The notes beneath the pieces were generated by a model, which saw only the letters and a list, made by a program, of their open reading frames with translations, did no database searches and was not told the origin of the DNA. From Daphnia carinata (Eukaryota): 64,000 nucleotides of DNA. Below are positions 46,401 through 61,171 of the stretch, piece after piece. Location: NCBI RefSeq assembly GCF_022539665.2, contig NC_081331.1, forward strand, positions 10,850,001 through 10,914,000, given 5' to 3'. Positions within the stretch are counted from its first letter, which is position 1. Every line of letters begins with the position of its first letter. The translations under genes and the position numbers were made by a program.

Positions 46401-47238
46401 GTGTTAAAATGCTGAAGCGGATGCAATAAAATTGTTCACGTACGTATCCTTATCGTTGTGTAGTCGCAACGGAGATGCCTCGTATAAAGCAGGCGAGGCG
46501 CTTTGAGGAGTCGACGGTGGTGGGATTTTGTTGGCCGCTTTGTGGATGACCACTTGAACCAGATCGTTGATGGCGATTTTGAGGCCATCTACGACGGCTC
46601 TCACTTCCGATTGAAGTGAAGGCTCTGTCGTTGTTGGTGTTGACCTTCCATCACTCGCCGTCGTTTGAAGTAGAATGTCGTCGGACCATCTTATGAGTTG
46701 AGAGAGGGCCTGGTGTACCAGATTTGTTGCTGATATTAAAGAAGAGCTGTGCTCTCCCGATGGGGGTGAGACATTCCCCAATGTGGTCAAAAGACTGAAT
46801 ACAATTTCGAGGACAACAGAGGCAGACCCAGGAACCAACTCCAGAGTATTTTTCACCACAACATCTTCGTAGAACTTCAAGGCATAACGTACCTGGGGGG
46901 AGACCATGATGAACACAAATGTTCGATTATATATCAAATAGAATATTTTAAAAATAATAGCAAATTTTATTTACCTGAAGGATGTTTTTATTGATTACGC
47001 TGGTGAAGTGCTGATTGAGGGTGATGCACGAAGGCAGATCTTCAATTAAACAAAGTAATTCATTTTTGGGTTCTTTTTCGTTCCCGTTGGTGATGGTGGT
47101 AGTGATTGGCAGTGCCTTTGGTTTCACAGTAACTTGGTTGGTGTGTGGGGGTGATCGTAGGTTGGAGAGTATGTCGATGATGTCTTCTTTGAAAGACTTG
47201 GCCCTCTTGGCCAACCTACCCTTTTTCACTTTATCCAT
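43472..47238 (-). CDS. C3G: C3G/RapGEF1 guanine nucleotide exchange factor (Crk-SH3-binding PxLPxK motifs, REM and CDC25 domains)
   Basis: N-terminal RLAKRAKSFKEDI; repeated [88 protein letters not shown]. Confidence 0.93.
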
Positions 47239-47299
47239 TGCAGCTCATTCTATAGATCGCCTCCGTCTCGAGACGCGCCAGTTCTGACGCCAAACACCC

Positions 47300-50200
47300 T
47301 TCCCCGTCGTATCAGATGGGATAACGACCTCATAATGTGGGAATTGGAACACTTAACTGTACAGCAGGTGCCATACGGAACAACGGTAAAGCAGCAGAAT
47401 GTTACGGAGTACACAGGGAAGACGTTGAGAATTTCTTTTTTCTTTTTCCAGGAGCCAAAGAACAGCAGCCACTTGCAAGGCAAAAACAGAAAAGTAAATG
47501 CGTATTTCTTTCGTTCACCAAGGCTTCGAGATAAAAAAAATAGTAGGTGGACCAAACATGACGTGAAACAAAACAACAAAGTCGTCACACCCCACGGGCA
47601 AAAAGCACACACACAGTCACACACACTGGTTCCCCCTCAGAAAAAACAGTCAACGGCAACGTTGCCATCAATGGAAATACCGAATCTCTTGGTTGTTTTG
47701 TTTTATTTTTTCCGCAAAATAAATTTTATGCTACCAGCAAGCAGAGGCACGAAATGCCATAAATGGTTGCCTATTCTTTCAGTTTCGTGGGAGAATATTT
47801 TCGTCTATTGGTGGGGCGCGCACATGAAGAAATAATCTCTTGCGTCACTCCCTTACTATAAACAGACGAAAACGCAGCAGAACAACACTTGCCCTAATCT
47901 GGGCTCCGCCTCGATATGGCTTCATCTTTCGTCTATATTCCCGCCTGCCCCCACATTAAGCCAATTGAGAAATATATATATATATATGTATACATAAGAG
48001 CTTTCAATATATCCACTTGAAAAATTGACGTCATCGACCAAAGAGCTTTTTTCTGCTCCATAACGAAGCCTCTAGAGGAACCGTGGACGAGAAAATCACG
48101 CATTGATCCAACAGCCCGTGTAAATAGATGACTCGTCTATGGATGTTGCACACGCAAACGCAAGAAGTGCCCCATCATTTTGGAAATTAACATATCCGTC
48201 TCCTGCCTATCTAGTCTCTAGAGATAGCAGGCGAACGAGATCTCCACTTGACTTTTAAATGTGACGGACCATATCAACAAAATAATAAGAGAAATAAAAC
48301 TATCGAACTGAAAAAGAAAAAAAAAACTATACGAAATCGACGGGACTTTGTGTCGGGCGTTCTACACTAGTTATCAAGTTTTTTTTTTCGTGTGTGCAGC
48401 TAAAATATATCTATAAAAAAAAAAAATAAATCTGGGGAAACCGCACGCAGAGCAACGGCCCCAATCGATCAAGCCTCCCCTAAAGGTTTTCTTGTGTGGT
48501 ACGATGTGTGCGTGATCATCAGCTGTTGGCTTACATTTTTTTCCTCCCCACAGCAGGTAAATGTTATTGCTGTGTGACTAGGGGGACGATCGGAAGTGGT
48601 ACCGGGACCACGATAGTCAAACTTTGCATTCGTGCGCTGTCGCCAGTTCCCCTCAGCGCCATTAGAAACAAGAGTTCATTGACGTTTTGCTTTTCTGATT
48701 AGTATTTAGCTAGGGGGGCAAATGAAGGGATTCAAATAAGCACGACCGAGCTATCCAGACAATAAATATGCAAAAAATAAAATATAATATAAAAATAAAG
48801 TAAAAAGGAAACACGAGACAAGATTATCAGCCCCTCAAGTGGGAAATTTCTAAATGCGGCCAAAAATATATGTAAAAAAAATTCCATTTTCCTTGACAAA
48901 ACTGCTGACGCAATAACTATTTTCCATAGTTTTGAGGAACATTTAAATGTTGCGGTTTTATACTGTGTGTTCAGTTTTGTTGTCTGATTATCCTGGTCAT
49001 TGGCTATTTTCATAGGCCATACTCTCCAGATGTCCCACTAGTGGCGTAGGCGATGTTATTGAAAAGAATTAAAGTTAAACGAGACTATGTCGACAGATTG
49101 AAGTCAGTGATATGGTATCCCCGATATTTTGTCTGTAAAAGGCGACGCATATCCCGGACATCTGGTCTAGCTAGTTTTGTGTATCAGTTGAAAGTCATCA
49201 AATGGACAGAAACAACTTTTTTCTTTTTTTCTTTTTTTTTTACTTCGTTTAACTTTAAAAGGATCACGGCTGATGCCTATCGCTCGGAAGCTGGTTTTTT
49301 CCGTTTATTTCTTTTCGTCTCTGAATTCTTTTTTCCAGGTATATTTTTTTAACCATCCGCGCCATTTTTGCAGGTCAGTTACCAAGCTCGTCTCTTTTCC
49401 TTCATCAGCTATATCCTTGACAATTTTTACCTTTTATCTTTGGTGAGAAAAAAATGAGAAATTGGTGGTTGGTAATTCATGGTTTAGCAAAAAAAAAATC
49501 AGTCTACCTATTTTCTTAATTAAAAAAATTAATTAGATAGAGTTATAGTGAAAAATTTGTTAGAGAAAAAAGTCGACGTGGTTCTTAAATCGGTCGCTAG
49601 ATGGTGTGTTAAACCAAAGTGAACATTCGTCGTAATTTTCGAAATTTCCGAGAAATGACGAAAAAATGGAAATGAATTATCCGATTTTGACACATTTCTT
49701 CACGCTGGTGATATTTCGTTTCATGTGTTGCATCTATCCACAGGCTTCTTGGAATTTTCTTATATAGCGCTGAACTCAAGCGCGCATATCATTAATGTCT
49801 CCGGGCTATGCGTATGCGTCGTCCTTCCACAAGAAAAACAAACAAAAAAACAATCAAATACGTTTTAAAAAATGTAAGCTTGCTAAAACTGCGAATCTAT
49901 TCACACGAAAAAATAAGGAACAAAAAACAAGACGGACCGCTTTTTTGTCGCCCTTTTTTTACGACTGTCAGATAAAAAAATGGCATGTCAGCCATAAAAA
50001 TTGAAATCCCTACACCAGGAAAAAAAAAACATAAAGAAATGCAAGTGGAAAAAGAAAATTTCAAAGAAAACAAGGGCAACATTGTTAAGAGCCGAAACAA
50101 AATCAAGAGCATCTACATACGCTGTCCATTTTGTTGTACTTTTCTATGGAAAAATTATACATGCGGCGTCATTTAGACACACAGCAGCTATACACGACTA

Positions 50201-53200
50201 CTGGATGCAATTAAACCCTTCCCCATCCTCCCCCTTCCATCACAAAAAAAGAAAGAGATATCTTCTTGCAGCTTGACCACCATAGCAATTGAGTTTGGCA
50301 CGTATAGGAAACCTGACCCCGGCATTTTCCTTTTGCGTCTTTATTCCCTTTTTTTTCGAAGTTCGATCGCTGCGGCCTTCGACCAATCTCTTGGTTTTTA
50401 TAGCAGGAACAAGGGCGCAGCAGTTTGGCAAACATTTTTTTTTTTTTTTCAACGGCCGCGATATATTCCGCAAAAGATCTGCTCAGGGTGATTAAACTGC
50501 CATATAAACATAAAAAAAAAACCTTATTTTTTTTTTTTTATGGAACGTTTCGCATATCCTTTTTCTTTTGTTCGCAAGGTCGATATTAACCCACATCGCC
50601 TTAAAAAAGAAATGCACGTACGCACTCGATTGATTCATGCACAGTTTGGAATATTAAGTAGAGCTTCCCGTTTTTGCGACGCAAGATACCGTCTATGAGC
50701 GAGAGTTATTATCATCTAATTTTAGACGGATTAACGGGCCGTGAAAAGTAAAAGCCATCAACATTGTTTGTTACTTGCTCTTTCTATATATATAAGAGAA
50801 AGACAAGAAATATATGTACGTATTTTAAAAACAAAAAAAAACTGGCCACAAAAAATATAGACGTGCAGCAATGGATGATTCACGAACGTCTCAAATAGCC
50901 ATTATTTTCCCGCGGGACCCTACAACAACGGAAGAACATAACTATACACATAATACTGCTGTTGTTGCGGTCACTCACGGTACCGTTCGGTCTGTTGTAC
51001 AAAAAAAAAAAAGGAAATAAGGAAAGGTATTTAACCGCATTGGACAGCAGGTATACTATGTGGCGCATCAGGTTGTTATACGAACACTCGGGACCACCGC
51101 AACGGAAACAACAGCCGAAAGAAAGTCGAAAACAATATGAAAAAAAAAACTTTATTTATTTGTGGTTGGTTTTATTTTCAAAATAATTTTCAAAAGGAAG
51201 AAAGACATGCACGAATTAGCAAACGAAATGCGGATCGAACCGGGAATTTTACTTTTGATCCGTTTGTTGATTTGTTTTTTTTTTTTTTTTGGTTATTTTC
51301 CCATCCAAATTTCAATGTTAACTTTATTTTCCTCGGATTTGGTTGGATAAAGAAATTTGACAATCCTTGTCTCTTCAGATGGTTGGCAATGATTATAATT
51401 CTGTCAAACGACTGTCGTGAAAAAAGGCAAAAACAAAAGTCTTTTTTTTTTTGGATCATTCCTGACTCGCTGAACGCGTTTAAGCGTTTCAAGGTTTTTG
51501 AACTTTTTTTTTTTGTCTCTTCTAAAAGAACGAAAGTTAGAATTGTGTATCATTATCCCGTTGGCTACATAGTCATCCCTATAGACTTAGAAAAATATAG
51601 GCCTACACACAGCCAACTGGCGGCAATTCACGCTGAGGCATCATCACCCGAGAAGGTTATTGGCCTTTCTCTTTTTGAAATCTTCACTCACTATGTCGCT
51701 AATCGTTTTTCGCCTTTCATAATATTATAGACACCAACGCTCATTATCTCACAAACAAACGGTGACGGATCCCCTTGTCAAAAATTAGACTCTTTTCATT
51801 TCTTGATTTAAAGAAAATAAAAGGGGGGAATTGATGTACGCCGTTAAAGTTTGGGCGCAGCTGGCTTTTTTATTTTCAGATTTCATAAAGAGACTATAAA
51901 CCATTGGGATGATGGAAATCCAGTGGAGCGGAAGACAGCGTCGAGTCGCGCCATTGTGCACGCCAAAAGGCATTCGTGTTTCCTGCAGCGTGAATCACGG
52001 AAGAAGGAGGAATCCCACACACACATACACACACAGTATAAGAATATTGCAACCAATGGCACGATGTTCTATACGTACAAGAGGAAGGGAGGGAATTCTC
52101 TCGGGCGTCGCGATGCTTTCTCGACGCTTCTCGGCCGGTTGTTGAACTTTGGCCAAGAAAATAAAAAAAAAAAACGTCTTTTGTCGCAAAGACAAGTTTC
52201 AAGGGGATTACCCTGCAGCTATGGAAGGCGGAAGTAAAGAAAAAAAAATGGATGCTCCTTCCTGGTTTCTTCATCTAGTAACCGCATAAAGTCGTCCATC
52301 ATTTCTAATATAAATTTAAATTTTTCAAACTGAATTTTTTATTTTTGTGGTTCAATTAAAATTTCGAACGTTTATCTTTTTTGTTTTTTGGACACTGCGA
52401 CATCTTTTGAATTGCTGTTCAATGACGCGAGAGTTTCGCTTCTATTCAGAACAATAAAGGCAAATAAAAGGGGACGAGAATCTTGTTCCCAGCGATAATT
52501 GAGAAGAACCGTTGGTCGTGAATGGCTCGATTGCACGCGGGAATTGACGGGGCTACCTGTGACGGGGTTGACTAAGCGTGAAACGCCATCATTTCGCTCT
52601 TGTAGTATGATGTATCATCTCTATATGAAAAAATTATGAAAACAAGTTGCTACACTTGGTTAATTTATCAAGCAAACAATAAACAATTAACCAAAAAATA
52701 ATTCTGTTTCGTATCTAATCGTTAACGGGGGCTGAAAAATTTTAATTTAAAAATAAAATAAAATTTTAAATATCAATTCAATTCAAAACTGAATAAGTAT
52801 ACTTCCATTCCCTGTCGGGGCAATAATTAACTAAAGACATATGTGGGTACCATAGACTTCCCCCCTTGTTCCAGGGAAATTGCCGCCTGTATGTACACAT
52901 TTCAAGGGTATACGTAGTTATGTTTTATAGATAGACTAATATATAAGCTATCCAATTTTCCTAGTCATTGAAATAAGATAGGCTTATAGGACAGGGAGCA
53001 TCGAAATTTTGTTACACCAAAAGAAAACATATGGGAGACAGAGAAAGAGAGAGTCATCGACCCTGTCCAGAAAGAAGCCCGTCTGTCTGTGTGTATCTCT
53101 ATACGACAAAATAAAGCCATAGGCAGAGCAGACATCAATTGCTAGTTTGCCTCGTGGAATTTAATGCCCACAGAAACGATGGAGAAATGAACGAACGAAC

Positions 53201-56200
53201 GCCAGATGGGCCCACAGCGTTCACTTCCCCCCTTAGCTATCGTGCCCGCCTATTTGAAACTTCAAAAATTGTTATCCGCTTTTGTTTTAACTATTTTCAG
53301 ACGAGAACTATCGTACATACAAGTATAAGAGCTAAATAAACTACTCAAAACTATTTCTAATCCTTGGCATCATCATTGCATGAATCCGTTATTCAATCGA
53401 ATTTGAAAACGAAAATCATTTCAATTTACATCAAAACTCCCCCCTTAAAAAAAAATGGCCAACCGGAATACACGATTGCCGCATTGCTGGCACAGACGAT
53501 ATAAATACAGTACAACCGAAAGGTAAATTCAAGGTCACCGTTTGTGTGTGCGACGTGAAACAAAAAAAAAAGGAACACCGACGACGACGAAACCGAAAAA
53601 TGATTATGGCATATAAAGAGCAGCGAGCAGTAAAAAGGCGCAAAGAAAAAAGCGCGCGTGAACCGCAACTATCCTGCAGTCATGTTCCGCTATAACCGAG
53701 AGCCACTTTCCTCGTCTTTTTTTCACGGTCCCGCCGCTAGCGGAGTTATACATGCGAAGCGCAAGCGGAAAGAAAAGAAAAAAAAAAACTAAATACAGTG
53801 CACCTTCCCTCAAATGCAATGAAGAGTGTAAGTTGAATAACGGTGTGAAAATAAAAGAAAAAGTCACGCCATATTGAGGCAATATGATTCCACGTACCTG
53901 GTGATTCCCTTCCTTTGTCTTTTCCAGGTGACGTGACCATATCGTTCTCGTCATCATCGACGCCACAGCTCCTTTGTTTTGGGTGGTCTTTTCATCGATG
54001 ATTCATTTCGTTTTTTAAATATATCTTTGCGGTCTGTGGATACATACCTTGATATTTCTTCTCTTGAGAAATGATTAAAAACAAGAAAATGAATTTTTCT
54101 TTTCGGACCGGAAGGTAAATCAATCACAACTGTTCCGGTTCATTCCCACCTCTTTCCGGCTGCGACTCCCACATTTGATTTCCTTTCACTAATTGTATTA
54201 CATTGTATATAGGCATGGTGATATTAGATGTAACCGGTATTGGCTAGCTCATTTTCTTTATAGGCCTATCCAGCTGCGGTCTGCAGCCGGCTGGAACTCG
54301 TGTTTTTTTATTTCAAGGGGGAGACGACCTTATTATTACGACATCACTTTCTACAACATCAATTAGATGCAGTACACATAGGAACAAACTCTACCACACC
54401 GGCTGTCCTTGCGGGGTATGTACAGTTACAAATAATTTTCTTTACAATTCTTATATATATTTTTCAAGGTTTATGATGTCTATATGTTATAACTCTCGTT
54501 TATATGGAGAGCAGGGTTAAAGGGGGTAAAAAAAAATGCGTGTGTATGTCCGGCGGATGTCTTGTGTCAACCGGTGGGCAGGCAGATTCAATTATGATGA
54601 ACGGTATATTATTTTTTGTGTGTGTTGTGTATATGCTGTCAATTGACAATGTATCCACGACAAACAGATCAAGTCACGCAGCTGTGGTTGTAAACTAGTA
54701 CACCAGTTTGAGATCAATTACGGTAAACTAGTCGAAATATCGTGTTATTCCCACAGACAGGAGGAAAAGCAAAAACGTCAGACTTTTGCTTTTTAGCTTT
54801 ATAGTAAATAACATCAAGTAAAAAAAAAATTAAGCTATACATTTAAAGTCTTTCCGGTTTATTTAATTCTTTGACTAACGTAATGTTTCCCGTTTTGGAG
54901 TGTCTCATCGACCGCAAAACTATGACGAAAGATCTCGTTCTTTACTCGAATCAGAGGAATGAGGAAGTCAATCATACATTTTTTCTGCTATTGTTAACTT
55001 CAATAACAGATGATGGATATGGTCAAATAATGACGTCAATACGCAACGTTCAAAACGAAATAGAATTTTTTTTTTCTCTCTCGAGCCGTCAAACACCTGT
55101 ACGCTGTGTGACATCAGTTGCAGAGAGCGACGTACGGAAATAACCTGAGAAAGCACAACAGCAGGAGCAACTCATCATCGTCGATGGCCATTCGGACCAT
55201 CTGTCGTTGCTCTTCAGGGGCAAACTAGAGAAGAAAAAAAATCTCTGAATTTTACCAAAGGCGATATCATTTCGCCATATGGTCAAAATTAAATATTTTT
55301 TCCTCCAAGACGATCAAATTTCTTGAAATGGAAGGAAGCGGATTTTATGATTCAACCTCTGCCAAACAAAGTCAAATTGACTATATATAGTGCAATAGTT
55401 TGTATAGTTATCCCTGAAACTTTTCCGGCCAGAAGGTAACTTGCGGTCGACACACTATGTACGTGTTTTTTTTTAAGTCCCGAAATTTCCCACCTCGTTG
55501 AAACCATTGCGAAATGCGCACACCCTGGTAAAAACATAAATCATTGATGAATCTACAGTTTTTATTTAATAGAAAAACTTCCGTCTTTATGCAAATGATG
55601 CCAAGGCCATGAACAACAATTGAAATGTCCCCCCATACATTTTGAATTTTTTTTTATCCCAAATGGATCGTGAGTCGGCGTGAAATTGTTATACATAAAA
55701 GACTAGGTGATAGCCTTGGGACAGTGTTCGGTCATTGTGATTCATTTTACGCGCATTTTAAATACAGATGCTGCCTGTTTATATAGAAGAGTCGAAAAGG
55801 AAAAAAAATCTTTTATTTCTTTCGCTTCCTATAATTATCCGCTCTCCTTTCTGCACGCTACATGATTGGCTGAGCATTGCGAAGGCCATCGTGACAGTTC
55901 GCCTTGAATTTTTCCAGGCGGTAAAACAACTTTTTTTTTCTTTCGTTTTTGTTTTATAAAACAAGATTCGAAAATCTTTTGTCTTTTAAAGGAGACAACA
56001 ACTCCAAAGTGCTGCAAAAACTCGTTTTTCTCTTTTTTTCAATTAAGGTAAACTTTGAACAAATTTCGTCACGAATTTTTGCCGTTGCCCGGTGACAGCG
56101 ATGGTCGTTCCGTTTGCCTTTAACAAAATAAAACTGGAATTAACAAGGAAGTTGATAAACAAGAAGCAACTCCAATAAAGTCAAACACTATTTCGATTTT

Positions 56201-59200
56201 AATAAAATCACGAAAGAAAAGAAGAAAAAAACTAATTGCATTTTTTTTTTCAATTACACCGTGAGAGCCTCTCATCAACGGGAAACAAGGAAAATGATTT
56301 TTTTGTTCACGTTGGCTCTTCACACAGACGAGTGCGAACTCTCGTGAGTTCAAAGTTCATTCTGTACGCGGTTGTTGTCTTTTTTTATTATTACAGAGGA
56401 AAGTATATATTCACGGCTGTGAAGTTTTCATTCTTCTTCCCAACCGCGTAGATACAAGAAAAAACCTTGCGGTTTCAAAAACGGTTCTTCCTTTTTCCTG
56501 AAAAAAAGGTTATTTAAATTGAATGAATCGAAAGGCTTTTTGGAAAAAGATGACGACAAAGAGAAAGTTTTTCTTTTTCTACAATTTCAGGGTCGCCCTT
56601 CAGAAGAAAGAAAATGTTTGACTGCTGTTCTACCTGTCGTCCTCCCCTCCTATTTTTTTGTTGTTGTAAAACTCTACTAAATACAACCCTCGTCTTTAAC
56701 TTTTGCCTTCTTTCTTTTTAAACTTTTACCTTTTGGGTAGAGACACCTGGCGTACGGTAAAAATCTTCCCCCCCTCTCTGTTAAAGTTGTTGAATAAACT
56801 CGAAAGAGAAAAAAGGAAACGGAAAGCAGACAGTTAACCTTCACTACAAGCCCACAATGAAAAAAAAAGCAACTGAGTTCATCAAAAATGCATAGAAAAC
56901 AAAAGAGCGTAACGAAATCAAAATAAAGAACCGTTCTCATCATCACTTTTGTTTGAGCTTCACTTTTCTTTTGGTTGTGGTGCGTTTTGCTGTAGAAGAA
57001 CAAGAAATCAGTGAAACGAATAAAGAAGCCGTTTTTTTACTGTTTAAACTAGACACACTGGGGGCCAGTGTTACGTGGTACGTTTCTTGATTGTAGAAAT
57101 CACCGTTTCTGTCAAGGCCGAACGGCTGAAAACTAACAAAATCTTCAACAAACAAATGTTGTGTCATTTCGAATAACAATTACGTATCAGACGAAAATGA
57201 AGCAATTGTTCCGAGCAGACGAAAAATGAACCAATTGTTCCGAGCAAGCGAAATTTCGGTCGGCAAATTAGTAAAACTACGTTTTTCTTAATTTTTTGTA
57301 CTTGTTTAACTACGGCTCATTTGAATATTATCCGACTAGTATTCCTTATAAACTCGTAGAAATGGTGGGAACCAGTTTTATCGAAAGACTAGATTATAAT
57401 AAAGGGATCCTTCAAAATGACGAAAACGGAGTGTCGATGGCGGTCACGGTAGGAAACTAGTTTTTTTTTTTACGGGGTCAAGTGAGTTTAGATTCATGCT
57501 ACGCACATTAGTCATATACGTAACAGCAGTCCAGCTTCCTGGTGAATTTACGAACATCGATAAACACTGAAAATTCTTAGCAGCAAAAGAACAATACCCA
57601 CTAGACTCAGGGACACGTAGATTATCGACCAGCAAAAACAAGTCTACTCGTTTAAGAATGTGTTCAAGGACTTCTAGTTTTATTGCTATTAATTTTTCAC
57701 GTTTCGTGAACTACACAGTTCGTTACAAATATTTTTAGACTGTGACAAAGGATTGGCAAAAAATTTCGATCACGAAACAAAAAAAAACAGTCCGTAAAAA
57801 CGAAATGTTGCAGACGACAGTTTGAAAACAAGTTGTTCTCTAGTTTGAATGTTTTTTTTTCTTAATTCAAGGTGGAATACATAAACAGACGGCAATGCCA
57901 GATCCGAAAAACCCGATATTTAGACGAAACTACTAATCAATTAAGATTAACCGATATTTGTTGATCTCGCCATTCCGTTTTTCTCTTGTGCGAACACATT
58001 CATTCGACCTTAATAGCTTCATTCTATTTTGACTTCTCCGAAAACAAGTTTTATTCGTTCAAACATTCCAAGTTCATGCCATGTAATGAAAAATAATTCG
58101 TAGACAATGGTTGAATTTTTTTCCTCCCTCTTATTCCAATTGTAAATAAAGCAAGTGTGTGTCTGTCAAATTATCATAATAAGACTGCCCCTATCTGACA
58201 ATAACAGATCTATAGCTAGAATTTTGAAGGCCAACAACTATATCTTTCACGCAAAAAAAAAAAAACCCGGACGTAAGTTACCTATACTTTTCTAATTATA
58301 AAATCACACCCACAACGAGCTAAGATTACATCAATAAAAGCTCAGTGTTTTTAAGTGCAGTCGCCTAGAAAATGGGTGGAAAAGAACCCCAAACAAAACT
58401 CCAAATGGTGTGTAAGAACTAACATTCCTGTTACGAAGATTCTTCCTGCTAAGAAAGAGAAACTTTCACCGAGGGTGCGTAGAAAAAGGAGGCCTAGAAA
58501 AATAGGGCGAACACTCTAGTCCTATGTAATATAGGCTATACGTAACCATCGACCTCAATTCTTCTCTCCACAAGTGAAAACTTATCCAACCCTCATTTTT
58601 TTTCCCCCTCAAAATGTTGTACAGTTAAAAAAGAAATATAGGAGGGGAGGTAGGCATTTAGGGCACACCTGAAAGGTTACGAGGTAAAAAAAAAAGAAAG
58701 TTGAAAGTGACCATCGAAAGTGGGGAAATCACCGTACACTAACTGTATATATAAACGAATAAGGTAGAGCGTTAGAGGATTCCTCTCTGTGTATCGGGAT
58801 GATGGTTGTATAACCCAGTCGACGGGAAAAAAGAAACGGTTGTGTCCGTTATTATGTGCATGTCATTTCGTTAGCATGACCCAGACCTAGAACGAGTTCT
58901 ACCTGTAGCTCGTCTTCTTCTTCTTATTTTTTTTTTGTTTGTAATAGCTTTCTTTTATTTTTGTTTTTCTTTATTCCTTGGAAGATAGTGAAAAATAAAA
59001 GAAGATTTAAAAAAAAAAATATCCCTCTCACCCAAAGAAAAAGCTTTAAGCGATATGGCGATGAGCCAATCTTTTAAGGATTCTTTGGGCCATCGGGTCA
59101 CATTTAGATAATCTCTGCCAACTGCATGTGTCGAGAAAGTAAATAATCAAAGTATTATCAATTTTTTTTTCCTTTTCGACATTGGCCTATAAGAGAAATG

Positions 59201-61171
59201 ATTGGATTTCTTAATTATCGATTAATCGAACCTTGACACCGATATGAGAAAAAACTGTGATGGCGGTGTCATCGCACGGAAGAAAACGGTGGTCTGGATT
59301 TTCTTCCAAGAAGATTCCGTTTTTCTATTATATGAAAAAAAAACGAACAAAAGATTATACAATTCCTGTTTCCCGTCGAATTTCTTCCTGATTTTTAATT
59401 GAGGTAAAAAAAAAAAACATTCCCCACGAAAAAGAATCTGTACACACAACAGAAAAAGAAAAATTCTGTAGAGAAAAAAAAAAGGCGGCCGAGTCCGTGC
59501 ATCGACTTCTCCTTGGCTTCTTTTGCTGAGAGATTCCTATAGCGTCTAAAGCAGCCAATGGCAAGTCTTGACTTTGAAAAGGGTGGGGAAAGTGGGTGGT
59601 TGGGTGACTGAAGGAAAAAAAAAAACCACTTTCGCCCACCGGGCTCACCCACCACCTCCCCTCTCGCTGGCTTCACGGTCAAAAAACAAACCGCCCGAAG
59701 AACAAGGAGCTCCTCACGCAGGCCTCCATCTCCTTTTGTTATCGTCCACCACCTGTGTGTGTGTACGTTCATTTTTCATTCTCTTTCCCACCATGGTTTA
59801 TCATCTTCTTTATTTATCCTTATTTTTATTTTGCCCGGAAGAAAATAAAAAAATGGCGACTGAATATTTTTGTAAATGTATTTTCATTTTAAAAAAGGAC
59901 AAAATATGAAAAATTTAGATCATGTCCAGGCCAGGATTGGATATGTAAAGACCCTGCTAATTTCTTTTTTTTAGGTGACCTTGTGTCGTTCACCTGGAAA
60001 GATTTACAGCAGCAGACGACATGGCGGGCTCTTCTATTTTTCTAGAACTTGTGCCAAAATAAATGATAATAGAAGCCCCGCAGAAAAATCGAATAATTTT
60101 CTCGAGGCAGTCAAGGTTTCAACATGCAGCCAAAAGGACTTGACTTGATTCTTTAGGCCTTGAAAAATAGAGACGCAAGGCAAAACGAGAGACAAACTTT
60201 GGTATGAATTTCTCTCTCGCCTTTTTCTATTTGGCTGCATACAAAAACGAAAAAAAGACAAGGAGCAGATTACAGCACCTTAAACGGGGACCCTGAAAAA
60301 CTTGGCCGATTCGTCTGCAACCGAGAAATCATCTGAAAAACGTCCGCTAGGTTTTCATCCACCAGTTTTGCTTACTCCATGTTTCCCGGTGTGTTCAGGT
60401 TTTTTCTTCACCAGCAAGGAGGAAGAATCCCTTAGGCTACGGTGGGTGATAAGCAACGGCACTTTTTGTTTTTCTTTTTCCATTTCTTCCCTCTACACAG
60501 CAAATGGAAGACCGGTGATTCTAGAAAAGAAAAAAAAAACGGGGAGGTGGGGAGGCAAATGGCCGCTTGTGTACAGCCAACAGCTACTCCTGGTGGTGGT
60601 TAAGGGTACAAGGTATACGTCTATCCTGTGGGTGGATTCAAGTCACTTGTCCTTCAGCTCTCGTCGCAGGTAGACGCGATTCGCACATAACAGCAATAGC
60701 AGCAACGAAAACGTTGTTTGATTTTTCTTTTGTTTTTGTTTCGTTTTCTGCAAGATTTTACAGTTGTGTTTTAGTGTGACTTATCGACAGTCGGTGATAA
60801 AAGTGAAGACAAAACACGTGCCACCAAAGATGGCGCGCATTCAGTGATTTCAACGTCCGAACTAAAGAAAAAAAACATCTTGACAATATGTCAGATCGTG
60901 AATTCGTTGTTGTGATCGAAAGAATTCCATCGATTAATACGCACAAACACACAATTCATTTTAGCTAGTTACGAATTTCGGAAGGACCAACAAGAAAAAA
61001 GAACGAGTGGAACGCAGAAAAAAAAACAAAAGAAGCACTAGGAGCGTTCGTGCGTTCAACAGAGACCTTGAAAAAGAAAAAGACGGGAAGAAAGAGAGGG
61101 AGAAAAGAAAAAAAGAGTTTTTTTTTTGTTGAAACATTTCACGCAGTCAAGAAAAAAAAATCTGAGTGAAA
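47300..61171. other. ~14 kb AT-rich non-coding region between divergent C3G and ovo/svb; likely cis-regulatory landscape and 5' UTR exons
   Basis: No credible ORF (all short, low-complexity, poly-A/T derived). It lies upstream of a developmental transcription factor whose Drosophila orthologue has an extended enhancer region. Confidence 0.6.
57188..57247. repeat. Two-copy ~28-29 bp tandem duplication
   Basis: CAGACGAAAA(A)TGAA(G/C)CAATTGTTCCGAG repeated twice. Confidence 0.8.

Noticed and set aside
47335..60952. Many 60-200 aa ORFs in the gene desert, including pri/tal-like small ORFs
   Set aside because: Dominated by poly-F/K from A/T runs, with no coding bias or motifs; no LDPTGxY peptide seen.
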